A stretch of 63,466 nt of DNA, filler included, from Folioceros fuciformis (Eukaryota), in NCBI GenBank assembly GCA_049999805.1. It is 11 parts of 11 records of this genome, joined end to end, with 100 filler letters (N's around TTAATTAATTAA, not from the genome) between each part and the next. Parts side by side here need not be neighbours in the genome. Positions count along the whole stretch, not along the records: positions 46,122 to 54,861 come from JBNGIO010001190.1; positions 54,962 to 57,201 come from JBNGIO010001191.1; positions 57,302 to 59,883 come from JBNGIO010001193.1; positions 59,984 to 63,466 come from JBNGIO010001197.1; 7 more parts are not named here. One strand, written 5' to 3'. The notes beneath the pieces are model-generated. The model worked only from the letters and a program-made list of their open reading frames with translations. It made no database searches and had not been told where the DNA came from. The translations under genes and the position numbers were made by a program. Shown piece by piece: positions 51,374-63,466 of the stretch (its first letter is position 1; each line of letters starts with the position of its first letter).

Positions 51374-51635
51374 TCCCAGTCCCAATTCCAGTCCCCCCAG
51401 TCTGCGCTGCGCGTGCAGAGAACCGCGCACTGATGAAACCTGAGCCTTGCGTCGGACATTTGTTCACACGTAGCTGCTGTTGTTTGAACGAGGACACGAC
51501 AGCCGCGAACTCGGGCTGGGAAAGTAGAGGTGGAGAATTTGCTGGGTTTTTCAGCCGCAGTTACTGGACTCTCCTAGCCTAGAAAGTTTCACCGGACCCA
51601 CGTGCACCGATCGTCTTTCATCCCGAATTACACCC

Positions 51636-53695
51636 ATGGCAGCGTTTCTCCGGCGGCAGATTTGCAGGTGCGGTGTTGGGCGGTTCAGATTCTCCCAAAC
51701 CTGGGCAGCACATGCCTACGGAATTCCCCCGCCTTCTGCAGCCGGGGGAGCTCCGGATGCAGGCCGTGGCAGCTTCGAGTGCACGGCTAGTGGGGCTCGA
51801 AAGGGTTTGGAGCGGGTGTGGGAGCGGGGCTTCAAGACGGATAACTGTAGGCTTAGGTCAGATGTTGCAGCTGTAGGGGTCCAGGATGGTGCAGAGGGGG
51901 AAGATCGCAGTGGGGCAGCCCACATTGCCGCAAGGGGATGGCAAGTTCTGGAGGAAAGTGAGAGTGACTGGAAGAGCCATGCTGCGGCAGTGGCAGCCTC
52001 TGTCGGATTCATCAAGGCCAGAATGCAGGTCGGGTGAGAGTTGCGGGCTTTTGCAGTGGCTGCTGGGATGGAAAGTTTTGACTGCCTGTATGACAGACTA
52101 GTTTGCATGGCGGTAGTGGGGGAAGGTTCTGGCCAGGTTGAGAGTGCTGGATGAGGAATTGGCACGGCCGGATCTTTGGGAGGACCCATCTGCGGCCGTG
52201 GAGCGTGGTCGGGAGCGGGGATCCTTGGCCGCCAAGGTGCAGAGTTTGAGGGACATCGAAGCAGGGCTCGTGGAGCATGTGGACATGGCAGAGCTGGCTG
52301 TGGAAGAGAACGATTTGCAAGTTCAAGCTGTAGGTACACGTCTGGTCATGTTACACGCAGGCTTGGGAGATGGTGTCTCACATCTGCATAAGAATTGTTT
52401 CGGGCAAATCGTGTGTCATGTTGCTTCCTTCCTTTGCAGGAAGTGAGGTCATCTCTTGCAAGATTACGGAAGGTCGCCAAGGAGAAAGAGATTGCTGCCC
52501 TTTTGGATGGCAAGCATGATGCCCGCCCCTGCTACCTGGAGGTGTGTCCCCACAGTCAGATGCATGGGTCTCGTGTGTGCTGCAGACAGTGTGGGCGATT
52601 TAGTGCTTGCCGAATTCCTGACGTTGCGCTCCTGCAAGCAGGTGCAAGCTGGAGCCGGTGGGACAGAGAGTTGTGACTGGGCAGCCATGGTCATGCGAAT
52701 GTACAAGCTGTGGGCTGGCCGCCGAGGTCTTCAAATCTCAGAGGTGGACGAGACCGAAGGAGAGGAAGCAGGAATCAAGGTATGTGATATCGTCTATCCT
52801 TGGTCTCCTTCTTGTGACTTGGTGACGGGCTCAGAGAAAGACCATCTCAGATGAAACGACAGACGCTGGTCATTGCAACAGAGGGCCACGATCCGGCTGG
52901 ATGGGGAGTTCGCCTTCGGGCTTGTGAAAACTGAAGCTGGTGTGCACAGACTGGTCCGGATATCCCCATTCGACAGTGCCAACCGTCGGCACACTTCCTT
53001 CGCTGCTGTGGCTGTGATGCCTGTCCTGAACGCCTCGGAGATGACCATCAAGATCAGAGACGAGGACTTGCGCATCGAGAGATTCCGTGCAGGCGGAGCT
53101 GGAGGGCAACATGTGAACAAGACAGAAAGTGCTGTGCGTATAGTGCACATACCCAGCGGGATCGTAGTCCAGTGCCAAGCCGACAGGTACACATCACAAG
53201 CACACGCACAGGGCAGCCAAGTAGCCCATCGTCCGTCTGCTTGCTCTCAGAATGCATGTTCCTAACCCACTTCAACCTCCCTCGCTGTACCCTCCAGGTC
53301 ACAGCACAGAAACAAGCAAACAGCCATGGAAGTGCTGCACTCCCGACTGTACGCGCAGGAGGCAGCAAGAAGAGCACGAGATGCTGTGCAACACAGAGTG
53401 TCAGCTGGATTCACTTCATGGGGCAACCAAATCCGCTCCTACGTATTACAGGTACACCACCTCCCACCCCTTCCCCGTGATCTGCAAAAGATTGCTCCTC
53501 CCCAGCCCCCATCCCTTACCACTCTCCTCCTCTCCTGCACTGCAGCCTTACCAGCTGGTGAAGGACCTCCGAACAGGATGTGAGGACAGCAATCCCTCTT
53601 CCGTACTCGACGGAGACATCGACAAATTCATCTTCACCTTCCTCTCCACCATGACCCAGCCAATGGACGGAGGGATAACACGAAGAGTGTCATAA
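51636..53695 (+). CDS. prfB: Organellar peptide chain release factor 2 (PrfB2-like), ~7 exons
   Basis: [28 protein letters not shown] (SPF motif of RF2), [21 protein letters not shown] (GGQ), [11 protein letters not shown]-terminal presequence. Confidence 0.92.
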
Positions 53696-54007
53696 GCTTC
53701 TCCTCACTGGATGTACCATCTCCACTGCAACAAAGCTCCTATCACCTGTCTCACGTCTTTCCACATGAAGAGGCACATCCGTCCCGTCCACACATAAAGA
53801 AGGCCCTCACTCTTCACGTCTTTCACGACCGAGCAGCCCACGTCCTTAAAGCCCCAAAAGTACAAACATCTGCTTTCACAGTCCCTGCCCATTCCACGAC
53901 CCAATCCCATCTCCCTGTAGGGATGGAAGTACATTACACACTCATAGATCAGCCATCGTCCTCTGTCGTCCAGATAGATGCCGAGTCGGCGTGAGGTCCA
54001 GAAATCC

Positions 54008-54090
54008 CACGTGGACCTCGTGGGCTGCAGCTGTGATGACGTGGCGCAAGCATAGCCAACCGTTGCCGGCTTGCGTGGCGCGGACGTGGA
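54008..54090. promoter_or_regulatory. Cluster of ACGTGG (G-box/ABRE-like) motifs
   Basis: CACGTGG at 54008, ACGTGGC at 54039, ACGTGG at 54084; further ACGT cores at ~53753-53845 and ~54407. Confidence 0.45.
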
Positions 54091-56063
54091 AGTCGTGGCT
54101 GGGATGCTGGTCCGTGCCGTTCAAACTTTGGATGAAAACGCGTTTCGTGGATGCAGAAATTCGGGAACCCAAGGCCCCGAGCCTCCTTCAATCATGATCT
54201 CGTGTGCGAGCATTTGATATCCTATGATGATGCTACGTCTGATTGATATCGTTATGGAGTGAATTAAAAATGATTATCGAAAATTGATTAGGAAAATATT
54301 ATCGATGGAAGAGTGCAGCATGTTAACCATCCCAACAGGGTGGCGCATTACGGGAGAGAGGTCCGGTTCATGTGCGTTTTTTGCTTTTGCGTGTGTGAGT
54401 CGTGAGACGTGTGGCATCTGTTACTTGGGCTGACGCCGCTGACGGCCTTGGTTTGCCGCTGGAATTTACCTGGCCCAGATGTTGCTTGCTTAGCAGCGAT
54501 CCTCTGACGCTGGTGTGCGGCCAGGCACAGCCTGTGAGGTGAGAGACACAGGCGCGGACAGTGGCACAGGCGCACGGAGGGGGAAGGGGAAGAGGGCCGC
54601 AATAAGAGGCAGCACAGCACAGGGTGCAGCGGGGAGTGGCAATCGAGAGTGGGAGGAGGTAGTGAGGCAAGGTGGAAGCAGCAGGAGGAGGCAGGGTGGA
54701 GGCGGAAGCAGAGCTGCGGGCTGTGGGATCCTGTGTTTTGCGGCTTCCAGGAGCTGAGCGGGGTGGATGTGTGAACTGATGCGGGAGTAGGAAGGCGGCA
54801 GCAGGGCAGGCAGGGCGCGTTGGAGATGGTGACCAGCGTGGGCCTGGGGGCCGGGACAGTCNNNNNNNNNNNNNNNNNNNNNNNNNNNNNNNNNNNNNNN
54901 NNNNNTTAATTAATTAANNNNNNNNNNNNNNNNNNNNNNNNNNNNNNNNNNNNNNNNNNNNTATAGTTCAAATATATTTGAAATAAAGATATTTATGCAT
55001 GTGGAATATGTTACTTTACTTCAATCTAAAGATATTTAGAGTTGACATATATGTGATATTGAGATCAATATAGTAATATATATATATATATAATATAAAT
55101 ATTACAAGTAAAGTCGGCACAATTAAAACGTTGGCAAGAGAGGCGGCATTAAGTAACTTCAATGGTAAGTAGACTTTAAATAATCCTTATTTCACCATAA
55201 ATAATTCAAGTGCACCAAATTGGGGACTTGTTGATTGCCTGGATAGATATAGATAATAGCATTAATATGGCATATATAATAACGACAGATAAATGAGGTA
55301 AATACAATTCTACCTGTGTATCTAGATGGATAGGTCCACGGAAAAGGAGACGAGACGGGACGTATCCTGGACTAGACGTGGCAAAACACGAGTGGCATGT
55401 AACCCGGGGGAACTCGACTACGGGTGGCGAAACACGGCGAAAAGCGGGTCACCGGCCCGCTTTGACGGTGAGCCAAAACGGTGACCAAAGTGAAGACAAA
55501 AGGGGTACCGACAGTAAAGAGTATTGCGACAGTGAAGAGCCTTTGTTACTATGTATGTATGTAGTTGTGAGAGGATGAGAGGAAAGTAAATGTGGCTTTA
55601 CTGTACCACTCTGTGGTATCCTCGCTCTCATCTCATCTGACCCTGGCTGGCTCTCCTGTGCCTTTCTCTTCCTTTCCTTTCCACAGCGGAGGCCGGGGCT
55701 TCGAAGGCCAGCAGGCGGCAGGCAGCACGCAACACGCACCGGACAAAGACAGCCTAGCCACACATCTAGGGAGGGTCTGAGAGGTGGCCATCCTGCGGCG
55801 AAGCAGCCAGGAAGGGGCCGTGCTGCGGCAGGAGACGAGAGGCTTGGAACTGGCAACCGCGTGCATGATCGGGCGGGGCCCTAGAGCGGACTGGACCCTA
55901 ATCGGAAGGCGCAGTCAGAGGGCAGGACAGGAAGCGGGATCGCCGATTTTGGCCTGTGAGGTGCGGAGATCGGATCGCGGCGGCAGCCAGGGTTGCTGTC
56001 TTAGGTTGGAGGCGGAGCGGCAGCGGAGAGCGCAGATCAGGACCCCGGGGCCGAGCAGCTAGG

Positions 56064-57019
56064 ATGGTCGGAGGAGGAACCAAGAAGGACGATGGATTGC
56101 CGGCGATAAATAGCACAAACATCTTTGCCGCGCTCGAGAGCCGTCGTCGCAAGTCCAGCAAGAAAAAATCTGGTAAGGATAAGAGCAGCTTGAAGAGCAA
56201 GGACTCCAAGTCGGAGAAGAGAGAGGAGGAGCCGCAGCAAATCTGGGCCCCCTCTCCTCTCAACAACAAAGCTTGGGCGGATTGCGACGACGACGATGAG
56301 GACTACTACGCCACTACTGCACCGCTGCCTGTTGCTGCTTGGACGCCGGATCAGTCATCTGAAGTTGCAGCAGCTAACAGGGAGGGATTGAGTCAGGGCG
56401 AGGTAACTGTCTCATTCCTTCGCCTGCCGCGGCTCCGGGGTTTGTTTTGCTTGTACTGAGGTTTGTTTTGCCGCTGGGCTGTGTATGTGTCGGTGTGTGT
56501 GCATGGTCCTGCTGATCCACAGCCGCCTGGTCTGCCTCAGGCGCTGGGCGCCTCTTTTGCACGTGTGTCCTTCCAATATCTGTTGGCGGTGAAGCAGGGG
56601 GATGTTGTTAGGTTATCAGGGTTTATGCGTCTTCCCCGTTCTGTTGTGTGCAGCTGCTTTCTTGACTTGGCTGACGGCCTCCTTGAATGACTGTGGACAT
56701 CCATGCGGTGGTCGTCCCTACTTCCAGCTGCTGGAATCCGCGGGCTGTAGACCAGACTGATGCTCTGTTTCTTCAGGAAACTGAAGGCGAGGAAGAAGGT
56801 GAAGAAGAGGTTGAGGACGAAGCAGAGGAGGAACCTGAGAATGACTCATCTCTGTCAGAGCCTGTGGATGGACCGGCCTTCAAGGGCCCCAGTTTGTCAG
56901 TCTCCGTTTCACGAGAACCAGAAAGGCAGCTATCTAAGAAGGAGCTCAAGAAGAAGGAGCTGGCTGAACTCGACGCTGTGCTTGCAGAGTTTGGAATCGC
57001 TGGTCCCAAACATGAGAAT
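56064..57019 (+). CDS. Conserved plant acidic/basic protein (At4g32610-like), 3' end lost in gap; exons 56064-56402, 56777-57019
   Basis: INSTNIFAALESRRRK, WAPSPLNNKAWADCDDDDEDYYATTAP, ERQLSKKELKKKELAELDAVLAEFG. Confidence 0.8.
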
Positions 57020-57301
57020 GGTATGAATTCGAACTCTGATCTGTGTGGCCTTGCCTTTCCTTGTCCTGTAGAGACGTTTTGGTTTTTAGGATTTGTCGCT
57101 GCATCTGTTCGTCGCTAACCATGTCATCCTCCTTTGGCCAAACTGTACTGATTTGAGGTGGCAAATGATTGATTCTAGGGTCATTGCCAGCTGTTGTGGA
57201 TNNNNNNNNNNNNNNNNNNNNNNNNNNNNNNNNNNNNNNNNNNNNTTAATTAATTAANNNNNNNNNNNNNNNNNNNNNNNNNNNNNNNNNNNNNNNNNNN
57301 N

Positions 57302-58220
57302 ATTATGTCCGTTGGAGGTCAAGCCATGAGTAGAATAGTATGTCTATTACCAATTTTACTTAAATTTGTCCATAAGCATGAGAACCTAAATTGGCTAAAA
57401 GCTAATAAAGGTCTAAATAGTTCTTCTTCTTTACAAGGCAAGACTATCTTCCAAGCTTCACTAACTACTAACACCCTTTTTGCATTTCGCTTTTTATCAT
57501 TTGTTTTAGAGGTTCTTAATTCCTTGAATATTAACTTTCAACATGATTATCTAGAGTCAGTTAGCATAGCTCCCCTCATAAATAATGTTGTTGAACAAAT
57601 GAAAAATGAACAAATGAAAAGTATCTATAAAGTTGATAGAGTGAGTATGGGGGGTAGAAAGCATTTCTCTTTCATTGAGAATTTAAAAAATGTCATTGAA
57701 TGTATGAGGGCGTTTAAAATCTAATTACTTTGAAAGCAAACTCAGTTTTTACATTGCTAGTGCTAAGAAATATATTTCAGTTGTTGTTGATTCATTGAAT
57801 AATAAGTTTCTTGATCTTTGTGTGTGGCATTCTTGAGGTCTATTTAGTCATAAATTTCATCCTATAGATACAAATGAGTGCATACTATCATCAATAGTTT
57901 GTTGCAGGTATTGTTGAACAAGGTTGGAACTAACTCTTTGGATGCAAATCCCATTATTGACAACCCTTTTGTACTTGATGAGGTGCATCAAGCTAAGTTG
58001 TTAACATTCTTATGTTGGATTGAGTATGTTAACAGCTTACAAAATATACTTAACAACTCAAGAGTGGATAGTACCAACCCCTCTATGTTACCTTTTGGGA
58101 ATTATGTCCGGTCATACCTTGTAGTTTGCTATATGTGAGCTTGGATTTTCTAAACAAAACTTTGTGGTAAATAACATGAGAACTAATCTACACATTTTGA
58201 CTCTTGATGCACTGTTGGAA
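57302..58220 (+). mobile_element. Degenerate hAT-family transposase relic (ZNF862/ZBED-like)
   Basis: AT-rich decayed ORF with VLEVLNSLNINFQ and a C-terminal dimerisation-like ICELGFSKQN...MRTNL...TLDALL; interrupted by stops and frameshifts. Confidence 0.65.
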
Positions 58221-59513
58221 AGACTTGACAGCAAAATACCCTAGACATTTGTATTTTTAGATTTATATTATTATTTAAAATGATTTATTTAATATTTATT
58301 GTATATAATGACTAAGAGCTACAAAAAGCATGGTCTTTACTCGATCCAAGACCAAGAGTAACAAGGCTAGGTGGTCTCGGAGACATAGTCAAAATGACAC
58401 CTTGATAGGAAGCCCCAAACATAAACACTTTGTTGTTGGTTATCCATGATCATGCCCCTTCCAAGTAGTCAGGTCACACACCTGAGGCTATCTTGTGAGT
58501 AATGCTCCATTTGAATTTTAAAGGCAGTTTCTTTCTACACAAGTTTGAATTTGATGCTGCATTGCATGAATATAAGTATATTCAAAAGAGATGATGAAGC
58601 ATATACTATTACAAGAGACCTACTAACGAAACACCCCATCCCCCACTTTACGAGATTGGATGTTCCATAGGCAAAACCCTACACCCAACTTAGCCTATTA
58701 TCCCCTCCCCCTTAAACCTATGAAATATTCATCCCTCTTTAATGTGAGGCATCCAACACCCTCTAAATACTTGAACAAGATATAAAAGAAACTATAAAAC
58801 CTAATTAAAATTTTAAGAAATGATAAAGATATCATGATGAGAATATTGCATATAAATTTTATAATAAAGAAGACATCACCTCCATGCCCAACAACGGGGA
58901 TTGATGGCGAGATTCATGAAATATGCTCTGAATGCTGTCGAACTTTAGGAGCCGGCATGCTCCAGTTGTATGCACCCAGAGTTGATCTAAAGGGTGGGCG
59001 GCCGGTAGCAGGCGAGATGCTGTTGGGCGAAGTACATGCATAGACGAGGCGTGAGGAAGACGTCAGTATGCAGATGAGCTCGCAGTGGATAGGGAAACTG
59101 TTTGTGCATAGACGGGTAGATACACATATTGTATCTACATTCCAACGTGTATCGTGAGGAGGCAGTCAGTCGTGGTCTTGTGTCAGGTGGCAGTGGGTGG
59201 TGTACAGACTGCAGAGACAGGCCCAAGGTGCATGGCTGGACCCTGGGAGAGTCTCGTGTCCAGCTTTGTCAGGGAGGTGGCTGTACCATGCGCTACCACA
59301 GTACAAAACAACGTGAGATTCAAGGCCCGGCCAAGGCCAAGAAAGCGTGGATTCACAACAAGAGAGAGTGATGAGTGTGGGCTAAGCCGTGATAGCCGTG
59401 GGACGCTGGCCGTGATCTGCAGGCTCCGTTCCGTGCTCTCCGGCACACCCAGCGCCCGCATTTCGCTCATCATGACCATGCCTCCGGTGCAGTGACGAGG
59501 AATTGCGTCCCGG

Positions 59514-59883
59514 TCAGCGGCTGCCAGATTGCGCTTGTCTGGGCTTCTCCAGGGTCGGTCCGGAAAGAGGATAAGACTGCTGGTGGTGTGGGAGATACGA
59601 TGCAATTACCGCTTACGTTGTACAGGACGCTTTGAAAGCAGACAAAAGCAGGAAAGAGAAGCCTGTTACAGGTAGGTACGTACGCTGGTGGCAGCTCGCA
59701 GCCACAGGGGAGGGACTTTTGCACCGGAAGGACGGAAAGCTCCCGCCGAGAGCCTGGGCCTGAGTGGGAAAGCTGTCAGAGGGATGCTTGCGAGCTGTGC
59801 CTCCTGAGGATGGGTACTTGCGTTTTCGCGAATGGGAGGAGGGCGATTGGTCGCTCTCTCTGGATGGGACAGAGGGGGGATTG
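59514..59883 (-). CDS. Possible last two exons of an unidentified gene starting in the gap
   Basis: Frame is open from the gap (...SHSRKRKYPSSGG...RAATS), then a GTACGT donor, a ~105-nt intron, an in-frame short exon and TGA. No family recognised. Confidence 0.25.
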
Positions 59884-59983
59884 NNNNNNNNNNNNNNNNN
59901 NNNNNNNNNNNNNNNNNNNNNNNNNNNTTAATTAATTAANNNNNNNNNNNNNNNNNNNNNNNNNNNNNNNNNNNNNNNNNNNN

Positions 59984-62900
59984 GGGTGTATGAAGAGTAT
60001 TTTGAAAAAATAGTGTATAAAATCGGGTCTTTTTCACTGCAAGCCTACACTTTTGAATGCTCAAATTGACATAACATAGTTTCTTTGTTGTCTTCATGGT
60101 TCTCAAATCTCAAAACTTGGGATTTTGCATAAAAATCTTAAGCTGCTTGCACAAACTTGTGTTTTTTACAATTCATTGCCTATACATAGTTCTTCTATCC
60201 ATAGCTCTTTCAATGTGCACTCATCATGGGTTATGGTGTTCATGGAAGTTGAAGGTAGAGTGATCAAAGTATATGGCCTAAAAATATGCAATCAGTATGT
60301 CCATAAATAATAGCCTCGAGTATGGAATAAGTGACAGAGCTTAACTAAATGTTGTTTTGAATGTTGAAATTCAAAAATCATTTAATACTATTATCAATGT
60401 TGTAAACCCACAACCTTTATCAAATTGTGATCTTCTCATAGGGTAATGTGAATTTTCACTGTTCCTGAGAGTAGGGATTTCATTATTGGCAAAAGGTGGC
60501 ATCCATTAGACAACCAGTGCCTACTTCATCATGAACTTGAGCAATAGTGTATATGACTAAACATTCAATACACTTCCACATTTGCTAGTGATTAAGGGTT
60601 CTCTTCAATCCTACAATCAATTGCTGAAACCTAGTGGATGGTTACATTCCATACTCACAAGTTTTTTTTCACCCTTGCACCCGGGCAATTAGGGTTTTTG
60701 CACCCTTGAGTCTTGGAAGTCTAGATTTTTGATGACAAGGGAGCAAAAAACTTGGACATCCAAAGTTAATTTTAGGGCCTAAAGCCTCGAACGTCTGGGG
60801 TTTTGGGACGTGGTGGCCGAGACGTCTGGGGTGCCTCAGGACAAAAAACACCCTATGCGTCCAGGGTTTCTTTTTGCCCTAGGCACAAAAGTTTAACTTG
60901 ACAAGCCACCGTCCTAGCACAGACTCATCTGCATGGGAACTTAACTCTGAAGTTTCAATCATGATTTGTGTGTAAAACCAGCAAAACTTATTTAGAAGTA
61001 GTTGTTGGCAAACATTAATCATATCCACTCTACGTACTAGTTTCTCAGTGAAACACATAAAGCAAAACTTCCTATTTTTCTATATTGTGTGACTGCAAAC
61101 TCATGTCTAATTTTCAACTAGTTATTATGTGTACCATGTTTTTTCATTTTAGTGACTATATTTGCATGTCTTATTTTCCTCACTAATTTATCAAAACATG
61201 AAATTTAAAAAATTTGAAGAACATGGATATTTTTTTCCTCTCCTAAAGGCTGGAGATCAGATGAAGTAGAGACCTTGTTTGTTGAGGGATTTTCATTTGT
61301 ATTTGAAAGTCCTGAAAACCCTGTGAAGTTCAAGCATGGAAATGCTTATAACCATTGGTATATGTTTCAACAATTGTTGGCATATTTGGGAAATAAGGCT
61401 TTGGATCTATATGAGATACATACTAGAACTCTTAGCCATGGATTGGACTTCTAACCCTACTTACGAGACGATAGAGTATGAGAAGGCCATGACAATTATA
61501 GGAGTGGAATCATGAATACTTGGATACCCTAAAGCAAAATCCAATGATTCAATAGATGTTCACAATGATTTTTAGCCTTGAAATTAGTTAGACCCCAATA
61601 TCTAGTACCCATTGCAATTCAATTTCTCTCCTCTTCACCTCTTCAGAGACTATTGAATGATAAACCTCTTCATGTATATTCACCCCCTTGCAAGTTTATG
61701 GTGTTCTCAGCCAGTAGTAAGTTTATGGCATTCTTAATTGATATAGTGACGCGCATGTGAGTAACTTGTAGTGTTGTGGGGCATCTTCTAGCTTTTTGCT
61801 CTTGCCAATCTGAGCCTCTAGGGTTCCAGTGGGGCTATTGGTATACTGACCAAGGTTTGAATGAGACTAAGTGTGAAAGATTGACATTGTATGACTTCTT
61901 GTCTAGTTGATGATTTGTATTAACTTCTTGTGTGCGTATGATTGTGTGACACACGTGTAGGAGTGGACATTGGAAAGCGCATGTGCCGGAGTAAGTTGTG
62001 AGTCCAATAGGACCATAGGCAGAAAGCCGCACTCGAGCAGAGAAGCCCGGATTGTAAGTCAAAGGCATCGGACAAGAGTAGCTTGGACTAGGAAGTCAAA
62101 GAGCTTCCTAGTTAAGTAGCAACTGAGTTATAATAAGTGGTAATCCTATCCACCAGTCCCCAATTGGAGTACTTGTTTGGGAGTGAATTACACATAGGCT
62201 AGAGGTAACATGCAAACATGCTCAGAGAAACTTGTTCTTTTGGTAACTATGAACCTCCAAAGTTTGGGGCAGTAGTTTGTTTTGGTTGAAAAAGGGTTAA
62301 TAGTGGTATGGTTTGGTTTTCTTTTTCTAATTCTTTTCCCTAATTTTTCTTTATTTTCTGGTCTAGCCAGAAAATGCCCGCAGCTAGCCATCCTACCTCC
62401 CCACTGCTTCACTGCCGCGATTCCCCCTCCCCTCTCCTGCCCGCTCCTCCTTCACCATCCCGCATCTCGCTCCCTCTCCTTAGCCCCTAATCTAATGTTT
62501 TAGGGACCGTATCCGGTCCGTATAAGTACACCCCCCTTGTATTTTATATGGTTTAGATACATATTTAATATGTATCGATACATATACCGTATACATAGCC
62601 CTATATTTCTTTTCTTTTTATTTTCCTAATTTCTCCTTTTCTATTTTCACCCCTATTTTTTGAATTTAATTCCAGAAATTCTAATTCAACTCTGTTTCAC
62701 TTGCATTCTTCTCCTCCTAGTTCGTGGCCTATTCCAGCACCCTAGGGTCAATCTTCCATGGCCGAGGAACCATTTTGGCTGGAAGCTGATTCCGCTGAAT
62801 AAGCTACTGTTTTTAGGCTAGGTTTCGACTGCTGATCCCATTGCTTTTTACCTCCTCTCTATCTTTCCCACTACTCATACTCCTTCCCTGGAGGCTGGCT

Positions 62901-63466
62901 CAGCCACCAAAGGTGAACAGTTGCAGGGGAAGACTTACCGGGCGGCCATCCAGCATGGAAGAGGCGGTGTCCGTAGATCTTTGAAGATTAGACATCCTCC
63001 GAAGTCTTAGGATAGTCTAAGAAGTGGTAGATCCTTGTGGTGGTAGGGCCAGCTCATTGGTGGCAGGATGTGCTAGAAGTCTAAATAAGTGGCTGGTGAC
63101 AGCCGGCTAGGCTAGTGGTCCCATTAAAATACTATTTGTCACGTTAGAGAGAGGTGAAGTCAAAGAGAGAGAGGCTCCTATAAGATCAAGTGAGCCTGTA
63201 GGAGGAGGTAGTCATTCACTTTGGGAGTCAGTTTGTCACTTCGTGAGCTCTTGGAGGTACTCTCTTCATGAGCTCTTGTGGTCTGTCCCTGCTTGGTGTA
63301 GGACCTGCAGTGTGTTGCTGGCTGTGCAACGTCTGGTAGGATCGCAAGCCGCGTGTTGCCGGTTGTACAGTGTTTGGTAAGATCACAAGGTGTAATGACC
63401 AGGGTGAAGGGGCTTGCCCCTAGCTCTTGATTGTAAAGGATGTGTCTTTCTCTCGACCTGTCCACT
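59984..63466. mobile_element. AT-rich gene-free region, probably decayed transposon/LTR fragments
   Basis: No credible ORFs and much lower GC than the genic contigs; palindromic, subterminal-like motifs at ~60670-60890 and 62501-62603. Confidence 0.4.

Noticed and set aside
51636-52120. Bacterial prfB programmed +1 frameshift
   Set aside because: The frame change is explained by a GT-AG intron (~52029-52116); there is no CTT-TGA slippery site.

Overview
This is compact, GC-rich nuclear DNA of a land plant, with ~80-120 bp GT-AG introns and many microsatellites. The style suggests a bryophyte such as the hornwort Anthoceros, but that is inference. The window is 11 contig pieces joined by ten artificial 100-bp N-TTAATTAATTAA-N linkers, so neighbourhood across a linker is unverified. 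Recognisable genes, in order: an intronless bacterial-type short inorganic pyrophosphatase, a BOI-related RING E3 ligase, a GT61 glycosyltransferase, COMMD3, ARF1, GID8, a CYP85-clan (CYP707-like) P450, a mid-SUN protein, an EPCR-type Tudor/enhancer-of-polycomb protein, a long-chain alcohol oxidase, an uncharacterised disordered protein, a SAFE1/LSMT-like SET protein, a TBL O-acetyltransferase, a plastid TPR protein, organellar release factor 2, and an At4g32610-like protein. There is also a nested Ty1/copia cluster and a hAT relic. The most notable items are a probable bacteria-to-plant transferred PPase with a minisatellite insertion, a COMMD subunit head-to-head with ARF1, and an unassigned ~205-nt multi-hairpin element in a 4-kb non-coding contig. 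Family assignments come from motif recognition and recall, not from database searches.
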